Assembly: GCA_965240325.2 (NCBI GenBank)
Contig: OZ251222.1
Coordinates: 4,588,001 to 4,652,000 of the forward strand
From: Rebecca billardiae RCC1528
Lineage: Eukaryota; Protista; Haptophyta
Direction: 5' to 3'
Length of the DNA stretch: 64,000 nucleotides
Shown here: positions 1 to 10,433 of the stretch, one piece after another
Numbering within the stretch: the stretch's first letter is position 1
Layout of the letters: each line of letters starts with the position of its first letter
The notes under the pieces: model-generated
Told to the model about the DNA's origin: nothing
What the model saw: only the letters and a program-made list of their open reading frames with translations
Databases searched by the model: none
Translations under genes and position numbers: made by a program

Positions 1-163
1 GTAGTTGTAACTTCGACGACAGACTCGCGGACGAGACACGCGGTCGTCGTCGTCAGAATTTGTTTGTTTGAGTTCGGGACGACCCAACCGAGTCAGCTGT
101 GGACACGCAATTGCAAAGCGTGTGCAACGCCTCGCCATACTCGCCGGCGGCACCACGATCTCG

Positions 164-1036
164 TCAGGAAGGCTCGTCTCCCGTCTCGTCCTCGAAGAGG
201 TGGGCATCCTGCGATGGCGCGGATCCACCTGCCGCACGCGGGCGTGTCGTGGGCGACATAGCTGTGTTGAACACCCGACCGCCCGCTCTCCACACTTGCC
301 GCCCGACGGCAGCAAGGCCCTTCGCGACGTCGGCGGCCTCGCGCATCTCCTCACGGAAAGCAGGGTGCACAGCAGCAGCGTACACGTTGAACGCAGCGTT
401 CAGCGTGGTGAGCACGGCCACGCCCGCGCCCACGGGGCCGCTCGACCACACGACCGTCGCAGCGAAAACGAGCGTGGTCGAGCGCCCCAACTGGGACGCA
501 AGCCAGCGCGGACGGAGGTTGGCCGATCCGCGCGTCGGCACCTCCGCGGAGACCAACGCCCAGCCGCTCAGGCCGGCATACGTCGCGTGCAGGCACCTGC
601 ACAGCCGTCCGCTCACCAGGGAGACGAACGCCGTGAGCGGCGCGTACAGCACCAGGATGACGCCGTTCAAAAGGTTGGCGCCGCGTATCGTCTGCAGGAT
701 GCGCTCGGCGGACATGTCGTTCAGGCTTGATTCGAAGCGTCGGTGGTACGTCTCCAGGATGGTTGTCGCCGAGCCGAGCAGTCTCACGACCTCATCCAGG
801 CCAACAGACTGTGCCGACTCGCGAGTGACGCCCTCCTCGGAGCCCTCCTGCACCTCCTCCTCCGCTGTCGCCTCCTCGCCGGGCGCAGCCTCCGCGGCCT
901 CCTCGGGCGCAGGCTGCGCGGTGACCGTATCGGGCTCGCCTTCGTCCACACGCGGGTCTATGCCCACCTCGCTGGCAGCATGCGTAGACGCATGCGACAA
1001 TGCCAGCACGCAGGCGACAGCGAGGGCGGCGCGCAT
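164..1036 (-). CDS. Signal-peptide-bearing membrane protein with a COPI-associated/Tvp15-like multi-TM domain (~290 aa)
   Basis: ATG at 1036 gives MRAALAVACVLALSHAS (signal-peptide-like), an acidic linker, then hydrophobic segments with the pattern LASQLGRSTTLVF...LNAAFNVYAAAVHPAF, reminiscent of the Tvp15/COPI-associated family. Confidence 0.6.
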   Translation of the reverse strand: MRAALAVACVLALSHASTHAASEVGIDPRVDEGEPDTVTAQPAPEEAAEAAPGEEATAEEEVQEGSEEGVTRESAQSVGLDEVVRLLGSATTILETYHRRFESSLNDMSAERILQTIRGANLLNGVILVLYAPLTAFVSLVSGRLCRCLHATYAGLSGWALVSAEVPTRGSANLRPRWLASQLGRSTTLVFAATVVWSSGPVGAGVAVLTTLNAAFNVYAAAVHPAFREEMREAADVAKGLAAVGRQVWRAGGRVFNTAMSPTTRPRAAGGSAPSQDAHLFEDETGDEPS

Positions 1037-1239
1037 GGCCGCTGGCTGACCGCTGACGTGGATGCGAACGCGCGGGCTGCCCCGCCGCCCCGGCGGCCGG
1101 CGCTGCACAGCGGACAGCGGTGGCAACTGGGTGACCGCGACAGCCTCCGCGCTCGGCGTCTCGCACGAAGCGTCGAGGGGACGACCTCAGTGCGCCGGAC
1201 GCGCGCGCTTCTCCGCCATTTGCGATCGCGCGGATTGGT

Positions 1240-2262
1240 ATGGTGACGGTGCGTGTGCGGCTGGGCCCGATGGCCAGCTGGCATGAGCTGGACTTCGAAG
1301 AGGGCAGCACCGTCGCAGATCTAGACGCCCTCCTTCGGCACGAGTGCGCGGCGTGGATGGGCGAAGAGGGCGTGGACCTCACATTGTGCCACGACGGCCG
1401 CGTTCTGCAGGTCGACGAGCGCTCCCTCCGCGCAGCGGGCCTTCTGGAGACGCCGGTCATCGTGGCGCACTGGCACGTGCACGACATCAAAGCACAGTCC
1501 AGCTGCGCCCCGGACCCCGGGAAGGCGCCCACGTCGTCGGTGGAAGTGGCCGCACCCTCCGCAGGACCCGCGGACCCGGTGGATCCCGAAGACGAAGAAG
1601 ACGCCGACGCGGAGCCCGAGGAGCTCGCGTGCCGGCTGTGCTTTGCAGGCCCCGAGTACGACTCTCTGATCGCGCCGTGCAAGTGCATCGGCTCGATGCG
1701 CCACGTGCACACGAGCTGCCTCAACGAGTGGCGCACGCAGTCGGCCAACCCGCAGAGCTACTTCCGCTGCGACCAGTGCCAGTACGTCTACCTGACCGAG
1801 CGCACGCCCCTCGCAGACTGGCTCGAGTCGCGCTGGCTGCACCGCGTGGTGAGCGCGGTCGTCTTTGTGCTCGCGGTCGCACTGTGCGGGCTGCTCTTCG
1901 GCGGCGTCGAGCGTTGGTTCTACGTGTTGGTTGAGTGGTCGCCGGCCTCGCGCAGGAACCCCTCCTTCGTGCAGGCGCTCGCAGGCCCGCGGCTGGACCG
2001 GCTGATGGCCGGCTTGCTCAGTGTCTCGTCTGTGGGATTCGCGCTCTCGGCGCGTGATGCGGTGCGCGCGCACGGAGGGCAGCTCGTCCCGTGGCTGTGC
2101 GGCCTCGGAGCGTCCGTGGCCGCGAGCGGCGTGCGGCTGCTGCGCGTGATCGCCGTCCTCTCCACCGTGCACTCGGCGGCGACCATTATGGTCGAGGTGC
2201 AGAGGCGTGCGCGGCTGATGCTCGTGCGGAAAGGCGAGCGCGTTCTTGAGTACAAGCGTTAG
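1240..2262 (+). CDS. Membrane RING-CH (RINGv, MARCH-like) E3 ubiquitin ligase with an N-terminal ubiquitin-like domain
   Basis: C4HC3 motif CRLC...LIAPCKCIGSMRHVHTSCLNEW...CDQC followed by TM helices; N-terminus (VTVRVR...STVADL...LCHDGRVLQ...SLRAAGL) has a ubiquitin-fold pattern. Confidence 0.85.
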   Translation: MVTVRVRLGPMASWHELDFEEGSTVADLDALLRHECAAWMGEEGVDLTLCHDGRVLQVDERSLRAAGLLETPVIVAHWHVHDIKAQSSCAPDPGKAPTSSVEVAAPSAGPADPVDPEDEEDADAEPEELACRLCFAGPEYDSLIAPCKCIGSMRHVHTSCLNEWRTQSANPQSYFRCDQCQYVYLTERTPLADWLESRWLHRVVSAVVFVLAVALCGLLFGGVERWFYVLVEWSPASRRNPSFVQALAGPRLDRLMAGLLSVSSVGFALSARDAVRAHGGQLVPWLCGLGASVAASGVRLLRVIAVLSTVHSAATIMVEVQRRARLMLVRKGERVLEYKR

Positions 2263-2463
2263 CGTGTTGCACTGCGTTGTGGGCGTCGTCGTACTGTCCG
2301 GAGGGCGGATGATGATTCGTCAAATTCATAACTCACTTTGAATAAGTCAATTGTCAAAGCGCGACTCGGCCGCCGAGAGCAATGCCAACATTGATGAGCA
2401 TCCGGCCGGTCTCAGTCTGCGGACAGTCGTCCGATCACCATAATCCTGACGAGGCTGAATAAT

Positions 2464-4446
2464 CCATAACTCACTCGGTAGACCCACATGAGAGTAGATT
2501 GAGGTGGGGGCCGCGTTGATAAACGCGTGAGGTGACTAGGTCACACCCCCGAAGCCGTCCAGGATGCGACGCCGACCAGAAAGGACTCGCCGATGCATTC
2601 GAGCAACTACGCCGACAGAAGCCGACCGCCTAGACGCCGAAGAGGAAGTACTCGATGGAGCACGTAGATAGACCGCAGGCGCTGGCAGCCGACGCCCACC
2701 CCCAACGCAAGTTTGGGCCGAGCGCGGCGCCGCAGGGGGCAGAGGCCTCGAGGGCCTCCACCCCCCCCGACACCGCGCGCACCCAGGCCATGCCCACCCA
2801 GCAACCAGCCGGGTGGGAGGGCAGGGAGAAACAACTCCCAGAGGAGGGGCAGCCACCAGCGCCGCGGTGACCCAGCAGCCACGCCGGCCGCCGAGCCGCG
2901 GATGCAGCCAGCGAGCGCGCGCAGAGAGGCGCATCGCTTGCCAAGCTACTGCGCGGATCCGCGCCCACCCCCTGTCCGGGCCTGGCTCGGCTTGACGACC
3001 GGAAAACCTTCGGGCAGCCGGACCCGGGCTGCCAGCCCGCCCTCATGAGGGCTACCGGTGAGTTATACCCGCATAACCGAGCGGTTATACAACCATAACT
3101 CACTCGGTAGACCCACATGAGAGTAGATTGAGGTGGGGGCCGCGTTGATAAACGCGTGAGGTGACTAGGTCACACCCCCGAAGCCGTCCAGGATGCGACG
3201 CCGACCAGAAAGGACTCGCCGATGCATTCGAGCAACTACGCCGACAGAAGCCGACCGCCTAGACGCCGAAGAGGAAGTACTCGATGGAGCACGTAGATAG
3301 ACCGCAGGCGCTGGCAGCCGACGCCCTCCCCCAACGCAAGTTTGGGCCGAGCGCGGCGCCGCAGGGGGCAGAGGCCTCGAGGGCCTCCACCCAGAAGGAG
3401 GTGTGGAATGCCACACCCCGTAGGGGTGGTGGCCGGGGGCCCGAAGAGGCCGAGGCCGCCGAAGGGGTAGCGCGAGGACCGAAGGCGGCCGAGGCCCAGA
3501 GGGGCTCCCCGCAGGATTGTGTGAGGACGAACCCGACGGTAAGTGCGACGAGTAGGCACAAAGACATGCGCGGCGGCGGCGGCGCAGGCGGGAAGCAGGC
3601 GCGAGACACGCACGCGCACGCGTAGCGTCAGATAAGGTAGCAGGTCGCATCCCCACACACAGCAGTGCACTGCAGACTGCAGAGGAGGCGGCAGAGAAGG
3701 AGAGAGCAGCACCCACCCGCCAGGCGATGAAGGCAAGCGAGACTGCGAAGCGTGAGAAGATTGCAGACGGGGACGCCTGGGAGCGGTTCCGAGGCGCCCC
3801 CATCGAAAGCAGAGCATGCGGAGATTGCAGACGGGGACGCCTCGAAGCGGTTCCGAGGCGCCCCCATCGAAAGCAGAGCATGAGAAGATTGCAGACGGGG
3901 ACGCCCCGAAGCGGTTCCGAGGCGCCCCAATCGAAAGCAGAGCATGAGAAGATTGCAGACGGGGACGCCCCGAAGCGGTTCCGAGGCGCCCCCATCGCAG
4001 AAAGCAGAGCATGGGACGATTGCAGACGGGGACGCCTCGAAGCGGTTCCGAGGCGCCCCCATCGAAAGCAGAGAGCACCCGGAGGGGTCCGAGGTGCCCT
4101 CGCAGCGAGCAGAAGCGACAGACAGCCCGATCGCGCGTTGGCAGCAAGCAGGGCAGGTGCACGAGTGGAGAGAGCGAGGGCTGAGGGCGCCTACCGCCGA
4201 CGCACACGCACCTGGAAGAAACAACTCCCAGAGGAGGGGCAGCCACCAGCGCCGCGGTGACCCAGCAGCCACGCCGGCCGCCGAGCCGCGGATGCAGCCA
4301 GCGAGCGCGCGCAGAGAGGCGCATCGCTTGCCAAGCTACTGCGCGGATCCGCGCCCACCCCCTGTCCGGGCCTGGCTCGGCTTGACGACCGGAAAACCTT
4401 CGGGCAGCCGGACCCGGGCTGCCAGCCCGCCCTCATGAGGGCTACC
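2464..4446. mobile_element. Non-autonomous element with split direct repeats (A-x-B-A-y-B); right end lost in the assembly gap
   Basis: Repeat A (300 bp) at 2464-2763 and 3093-3392 (one mismatch seen); repeat B (>=230 bp) at 2827-3056 and 4217-4446; unique ~63-bp spacer x; internal 64-bp minisatellite; no credible ORF. Confidence 0.7.
3754..4073. repeat. Tandem repeat, 5 x 64 bp (one unit 67 bp)
   Basis: Unit GAGAAGATTGCAGACGGGGACGCCYCGAAGCGGTTCCGAGGCGCCCCCATCGAAAGCAGAGCAT; the GATTGCAGACG anchor recurs near 3759, 3823, 3887, 3951 and 4018. Confidence 0.95.
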
Positions 4447-4546
4447 NNNNNNNNNNNNNNNNNNNNNNNNNNNNNNNNNNNNNNNNNNNNNNNNNNNNNN
4501 NNNNNNNNNNNNNNNNNNNNNNNNNNNNNNNNNNNNNNNNNNNNNN
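4447..4546. other. Assembly gap (100 N)
   Basis: Run of N. Confidence 1.
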
Positions 4547-4589
4547 ATATATGATTAAGCGTCGCGCGCACTGTAATCAGTGAGTATTC

Positions 4590-4648
4590 AGAGAGAGAGA
4601 GAAAGACTCAAGAGAGAGAGAGAGAGAGAGAGAGAGCTGAGAGAGAGA
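4590..4648. repeat. Interrupted (GA)n microsatellite
   Basis: Directly visible. Confidence 0.9.
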
Positions 4649-4721
4649 TCGTCATCATCAGCGCGCGCGCGAATTGAGAGTACTCCTAGACTCTCCCCTG
4701 AGCAGCCGCAGCACGCGACTT

Positions 4722-4790
4722 AGCAGTGACGAGCAGGTAACTCAGTCAGGATTCAGCAGTGACGAGCAGGTAAGTCAGTCAGGATTCAGC
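4722..4790. repeat. 2 x 33-bp tandem duplication
   Basis: AGCAGTGACGAGCAGGTAASTCAGTCAGGATTC occurs twice in tandem. Confidence 0.9.
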
Positions 4791-4861
4791 TGCGTGAGAG
4801 CCCGGCGCCGCCACGGCCGACCGTCGCAAACCTAAATAACCTCAGCCAGCGAAGTCCCCGT

Positions 4862-5341
4862 TCACGGCCGTAGATCGTCGCCGTCTGGACCGACGACTCC
4901 CTTCGTGAGAACGACGTTTCCGTACGGACGTCGCTCCATAGTCTGTACGACAGCGAAGCACGTGCGCGCCTCAGCGTAGAATTCGAAGCGCTCCACCGGC
5001 TGCAGCTGCACGCCAGCACAGCGCTGCTGGATGGCAGCTTGGGCCTGACTGACAACCTCCGCGCCAAGCGTGGGCATCGTGACGCCGGTCTGGGGGGCCA
5101 TGTGCCTGGCAGGTGCGTCCACGAAGAAATCGATGGGAAGCACGGAGCAGATAGCGCCCAATGCCCGCGGCAGGTCCACCCCAACGAGCTGCACGTGCTT
5201 GCGTGAGGTGGTGTGCGTTGCGACCTCGTGGGCGGGGAAATTGCAGTCGCACACGCAGAGCTTGTCGCCATGCCCCATCGCTCGCAGCACATAGAGTAGG
5301 TCGGCGGTCAGTATTGGATCCAGGCCTTTGAGGAGCCCCAT
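4862..5341 (-). CDS. FUOM: L-fucose mutarotase (RbsD/FucU family), 159 aa
   Basis: MGLLKGLDPILTADLLYVLRAMGHGDKLCVCDCNFP...ERFEFYAEARTCFAVVQTMERRPYGNVVLTKGVV is the family signature. Confidence 0.93.
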   Translation of the reverse strand: MGLLKGLDPILTADLLYVLRAMGHGDKLCVCDCNFPAHEVATHTTSRKHVQLVGVDLPRALGAICSVLPIDFFVDAPARHMAPQTGVTMPTLGAEVVSQAQAAIQQRCAGVQLQPVERFEFYAEARTCFAVVQTMERRPYGNVVLTKGVVGPDGDDLRP

Positions 5342-5478
5342 TGCGCACGCGAGCACGAGCGCAGAGCAGGCGCCCGTCCCGGTCGGCGAGGCGGCCACGG
5401 CCGGCCGAAAGCCGGAGTCCGGACCACTCGAGACTCGACGGAGTACGGACGGACTCGGGGTGCTTGACACGTCCCAAG

Positions 5479-6639
5479 ATGGCAGACCAGGGCGAGGACA
5501 CGATCGCGGCGCTGGTGGAGAAGGCCGGCGCGGAGGAGTGCGGCACGGCCCTATCGACGGTCACGCAGCTGCTCGAAAATGCGTCAACCGACCCCGAGAA
5601 GTACGGCACGATCAACCGCTCGTCGCGCGTGCTGAAGGCGCGGCTGCTGGACGTGCCGGGCGGCGAGGAGGTGCTGCCGGCACTCGGCTTTGTTCCCAAT
5701 GACGACGCCTACGTCTTCAACACCTCGCTCGAACCCGGGCGCATCGCAGCGCGTGTGCAGCTGGTCAAAACGGTCTCCGCCCAAATCGAGGCGTTGACCG
5801 CCGCCATCGTCGCCATCGGCGACCAGAACGTCCCGGACGCTGCTCGCAACGCGGTGAAGCTCGCGCGGATCTACTGCGGCAACATCCTGGCGAACGCAGG
5901 CGACGACGCGAAGCGGCGCATCGCCGCGGCGAACAAGGCGTTGTCGTCCCGCCTGCTCGCTGCCAGCGGCGGCCTGCGCCTGCTCAAGGCGTGCGGCTTC
6001 GAAGCGGAGGGCGAGCCGCCCGAAGCGTTTGTGTGCCAGGCGAACGCCCTCGCCCTGCGCGTGACGTGCGCCGTGATCGACAAGGCGGACGCGGTCTGGG
6101 CGGGACTCGCCGCGCGCGCGCCAGACAGCGGTGGGAGCGCTGGCGACGCCGGCGCTGGCGACCACACAAGCGTGGCGCCGGCCGTCTCCGGCTTCACAAT
6201 CGCGCGGCTGCCGACCGTCGCGTCGCTTGCGGACAGGCGCGGGGGCGCGGACCTCGAGCCCGCGCTGGTGGTCGATGCGCAGCGCACGGCCGTGCAGCTG
6301 CACACGTGGATGGCGGTCTCAAAGCGCTGGCGCCTCGTCGGCAGCATGCAGATCCCGTCGAGCCATTTCGAGTGGGTGCGCGCGCCCGTCGGCAGCGGGC
6401 AGTACGAGCTGGTGGTCGAGGTGGACTTTGGCGACGGCCAGCCGGTCGAGTTGGGGCTTGGCGTGCCCGACGGCCAGCCTGAGAACGAGTACGTCGCGGC
6501 GCAGCGATTCATCGGGGAGCACTACGAGCACCTGAATAACAACCATCTGGAGGAGATCGCGAAGGACCTGCGCGCGCGCTCAGCGCCGGTCCTGGAGACG
6601 GTCGCGAACCTGGTCCGCGCCATGGAGGAGCAGAATTGA
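5479..6639 (+). CDS. Protein with two PUB-like domains and a C-terminal PFU (PLAA-family ubiquitin-binding)-like domain, 386 aa
   Basis: PUB-like motifs LLENASTDPEKYGTINRSS...GGEEVLPALGF and YCGNILAN...KRRIAAANKAL...GGLRLLKACGF; C-terminal WMAVSKRWRLVGSM...YELVVEVDFGDGQP...NEYVAAQRFI...LEEIAKDL resembles Doa1/PLAA PFU. Confidence 0.75.
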   Translation: MADQGEDTIAALVEKAGAEECGTALSTVTQLLENASTDPEKYGTINRSSRVLKARLLDVPGGEEVLPALGFVPNDDAYVFNTSLEPGRIAARVQLVKTVSAQIEALTAAIVAIGDQNVPDAARNAVKLARIYCGNILANAGDDAKRRIAAANKALSSRLLAASGGLRLLKACGFEAEGEPPEAFVCQANALALRVTCAVIDKADAVWAGLAARAPDSGGSAGDAGAGDHTSVAPAVSGFTIARLPTVASLADRRGGADLEPALVVDAQRTAVQLHTWMAVSKRWRLVGSMQIPSSHFEWVRAPVGSGQYELVVEVDFGDGQPVELGLGVPDGQPENEYVAAQRFIGEHYEHLNNNHLEEIAKDLRARSAPVLETVANLVRAMEEQN

Positions 6640-6799
6640 TGATGAATGATCGATGATGACTAAGCTACGATATGATCCGATGCTGCTGACCGCCGCCATC
6701 AATATATGACCGCGTTCCGCGGTCCTTCCGTAGAACCAACGTAGTTAGGGGCCCGCGGCGCAACCTCCGTCGGCTGCTGTCGATCAGTCTGACAGTAGT

Positions 6800-7568
6800 G
6801 ACACTCTGACTGACATGGCGGGCCGAGGACTGTCGCCGCGGCCGCGCGGCGGGAAGCGCGGCCGCCGGGGCGGCGCGCGCGCGCAGGGCGAGAGGCGCCG
6901 CGCGGCGCGGGCCGGCGCGGGCGGGCGTGCGGGCGCACCTGCTAGTGAGGTGCTCGCGCTGCGCCATGCGCTCGACGACGGGCCGCTGGTCGCTCAGCCG
7001 GCGCGCTTCGTGCCCGGGCAGAGCGAGAGCGCGCGCCACTCGGCCAGCGGGCACTGCTGGTCCCCGCGGCCCCGGTCGGCGCTGCGCAGGGTCCGCGCAC
7101 CGATCGCCACGGAGGCGAGACCGAGCGGAGCTCGGAGTGGAACGAGGCGAGCGGCGCGTCGCGCCTGCCGCCGTGCGTGCGCGCCTGCTCCACCGCGCCG
7201 CGCCGTGCTCGCCCGCCGCCTCCTCGTCCGCCACGTCGGCCTCGAAGCCACCGGGCGGCGGCCACGGCCGGCGCGGCAGGCCGTGACAATCGGCAGCCCG
7301 TGGCCGTGCGTGTTCGCCGAGTTGCTGCTGCTGCACCTCCGGCGCGGTCGACGACCGAGTTGAGGAGGAGCTCGCGCTCGGCGTCGAGGAGCGAGCTCGC
7401 GAGCTCGAGCTCGCCCTTCAGCCGCACTACTAGCTCCGGGCGCATCCGGCTCATCTCCGCTGCGGCGTGCCGTCGCGGCACGCTCCCGTCCTCATTCCTC
7501 AAGCGACGAGCTCGCGTAGTGCTCCGGACTCGGCTCGCCCTTCGCTCCTCCTCGAGCGACGAACGCGC
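6800..7568 (-). other. Possible hypothetical gene or pseudogene (coiled-coil-like fragment); exon structure unresolved
   Basis: Coding-like peptide ARSSLEEERRASR...ELVVRLKGELELASSLLDAERELLL follows a candidate acceptor (ctacccgcag); the downstream coding-like text (EVQQQQLGEH...FEADVADEEAA) is in another frame. Confidence 0.3.
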
Positions 7569-7974
7569 CTGCGGGTAGGTTGTTGGGCGCGCGCCGACTC
7601 GGCGTGACTCGGCCACGCGGCCCGGCGAGACGGACACGGACCGGTGGGCGCGCTCGGTGAGAGAGAGCGGAGTGCGAGGGCCGGGCGAGACGGAGTAGGT
7701 AGACGCGGGGCCTGCGAGGCGACAGGCGCGCTCGGGGAGAGCAGAGTGCGAGGGCGAGAGGCAGCGGCCGGCCGGCCCCCGCCACCACCTCGCGCACCGC
7801 GGCGTCACTGCGGCGGCACGCGCACGCACGCGGTCCCGCGGCGGTCCGAGTCAAGGGCTCCGCAGTTCCACGCGTCGCGGTCGCGCCGGCGTCACCGGCC
7901 GGCGCGAGTCGTCAAGGGCCTTGCCCAAGGTGCAACTTCGTCTGCGTGCTGTATTCGTATCACGAATACCCTAC

Positions 7975-8062
7975 TATGGGGGTACGGAGTGATCATCTTT
8001 TCATCTGCAGTGCGCCCTTATGGGGGTACGGAGTGATCATATTTTCATCTGCAGTGCGCCCT
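7975..8062. repeat. 2 x 44-bp tandem duplication inside a lower-GC segment
   Basis: TATGGGGGTACGGAGTGATCATMTTTTCATCTGCAGTGCGCCCT at 7975-8018 and 8019-8062. Confidence 0.9.
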
Positions 8063-8752
8063 CTACTGTAGCTAGTGGCTTCCGCGGGAACCATGTCCAT
8101 TTACGACCATGCACGTTCAACCGTATCGTCGGAAGATTGAACGGGAACCCCCTTGGTAGAATACCCTGCTACTGTAGGACCCCCGTGCACATGCACTTTT
8201 AAAAAACACTTCCGGCCCTGGGTCCGGTTGGTCCCGGGCTGGCGACCAAGTTTTGTTCCGTATGAATATTTACAACAAATCGCAGCTAGATACATTCGTT
8301 CACTACCCAGATATACTGACAAAGGCACGTCCAGCGGTTACGTATTACTCGTCACGTCCGTCCGTAGATACGGAATTGGAGTGGGCGCGGCTATTTCGTC
8401 AATGCGTCTGGCTAATGCAGAGCAATGGGCCAAGGTACCCCTCAAAAAAGCGAAAACTCACCCTCCGACAGCCCTCAAAATCGTCCCCCGTCCCCTTTTC
8501 TTTGATCAAAACATCTTTTTGACAACGTAGTGAGGGCCCCCGGCGGGGCTCCACGCTACGCGCTCCGCCCTACACCGCGGGCCATCATCATCATCATCGT
8601 CAACCACGAATCACCACGCGATGACTGAGTCGTCGTCGTCCTCATAGTCTTCTTCAATCATAGTCCGAAGCAATTGGTCTCAGTAACTGCCTCTCTCACT
8701 AGGGCTCAGTATTATGCCGTGCAGCGGCCGGACTGCTGACACTGCTAGTTAG

Positions 8753-9008
8753 CTATATATATATAATATATATTAAATATATATATATAAGTCAGCATAG
8801 AGAGAGAGAGAGAGAGAGTAAGATGTCAGCAGCACGTCAATTCACGACGACTATGATGACGACTCGGCGCTGCTGCTAATATATATATCTATATCTATGT
8901 CTATATCTATATCTATATATCTATATATCTATATCTATATCTATATCTATATCTATATCTATATCTATATCTATATCTATATCTATATCTATATCTATAT
9001 CTCTCTCT
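8753..9008. repeat. Compound microsatellite region: (TA)n, (GA)n, (ATCTAT)n, (CT)n
   Basis: Directly visible; long (ATCTAT)n tract at about 8880-9000. Confidence 0.95.
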
Positions 9009-10433
9009 CACCTTGAATGACCCCAGTGGGCGGAAATGGCCATATCTCCCGGAGATTGCGTTTACTGACGTACGTCAGTAAAGTTTCGTCGGGATTTTCA
9101 GCAATTTCATTGGAGGAGGGTGCCTCACTCTATTGTCCAAACTTGCATTTTCGGGATGTGAAGCTGTAAGTGTTTCGCCTTGCGGAGTAGCGCAGCCGCC
9201 AATCCGTCCAATGGGAAGCCAGCTCGGGCTTCGCTCAATGAAAAATGATCACATCGGCTCCCGCGAGCCCCAATAGGAAATAGATGCTCGCTCCGTTCCA
9301 CTTCGTCGGTATCTCGCCGTCTCGTGGTGGGCGAGGGGCGGAGCTGAGTGGTTGGGGCTGCGGCGCGGACTGCGATGCTGGGCTGCTGACGTTCTCCGCG
9401 CGGGATATCTGAGGGGCACGCGAGCTGTATGTAGGGCACGCCTTGCAAACAATCTCCCCGCTGTACGTGCAGGTCATGCTAGCGTCCTCCGCGCCAAAAA
9501 AACCTGCTTGTTCTTGCGCGAGGCCCGAGTCCGCGGCACGGTCGCTGCTCGCCGCAAGCTGGCACGCGTCAGCGTCTACACATTCACGATTCGGTGGTCA
9601 TAGTGCGCCTGAGGACGGGGGCGATCTACTGAGTGCGCTGCTAGATGAGCAGGCCCGCGTAAGGTTAGATCACCCTGCTCCTCACGCCTTGCGCGCACCT
9701 TGGGTTGCTTCCGTCACGCTTGAGGCGCTTCACGTCGCACGGGTCGGCGTAAGCTGTGTGTGTGATGCAAGCAGACGTCTTCCAAGCCTGGCTTGTACCC
9801 GATGGGAGAGCATACTTCTATCGCCTTCAGCCACCACCTTCTCCGGCGTTCGACGCCCACACTACATGCGACCACAGCCATACGCAGCTCGTCGGGACTC
9901 GTCTCCGTTAGCTTGTCGATGTGCAAACGCCAAGGCCTGTGACACGCAGGGAAGACTGATTCGCCATGGCATTTGTGCACTGCGTGAAGCATTGACACCA
10001 GCGCACGTTCGCCAGGTAGATTTGCGGGAGCAGAGCGTGCTTTTCTGCAAGGAATCGCACACGTATCCGACAGAAGTTCAGCAGTCGCGGGCTCGGACTG
10101 AAGATCTCTGCACCGTCGCTTGGCAGTGAGTGACAGGAACAGGCGAGGAGCTCCCACGGTGCTGGCGCACAACATGCCGTGACAGCGGGGGGCACACACA
10201 TGGCGCGTGCGCTGACACAACTGCGCGGACGACCGGGCTAGGCGCCACTGATCGGCCGCCCTCGTGCAAGGCACCGGCGGACTTCGCGGCCGGAACGCCA
10301 TCGGGACAGCCGTCCCTCGTTTCGGCCGCCAGATAGTCTTTCGCCTTCTTCAAAACTCTAAACATTGACTGGCCAAGTAACTCTGAGATTCGCAATCGTG
10401 CGGCCAAAAACGGGGCTGGGGGGCAGTCAAGGT

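Noticed and set aside
2305-2460. Possible C/D snoRNA (ATGATGA...CTGA)
   Set aside because: No closing stem or convincing guide; GAT/ATC low-complexity runs are common after stop codons in this window
2985-3025. Possible hammerhead ribozyme (TTGACGA-CCG-GAAA) that would suggest a Penelope-like element
   Set aside because: Core lacks the conserved C and there is no proper stem III/NUH cleavage triplet
3754-4073. CRISPR-like appearance of the 64-bp repeats
   Set aside because: No unique spacers, no cas genes, eukaryotic context; this is a minisatellite
9443-10301. ORFs inside the CAC...GTG element as a transposase
   Set aside because: No DDE, zinc-finger or other recognisable motif in any frame
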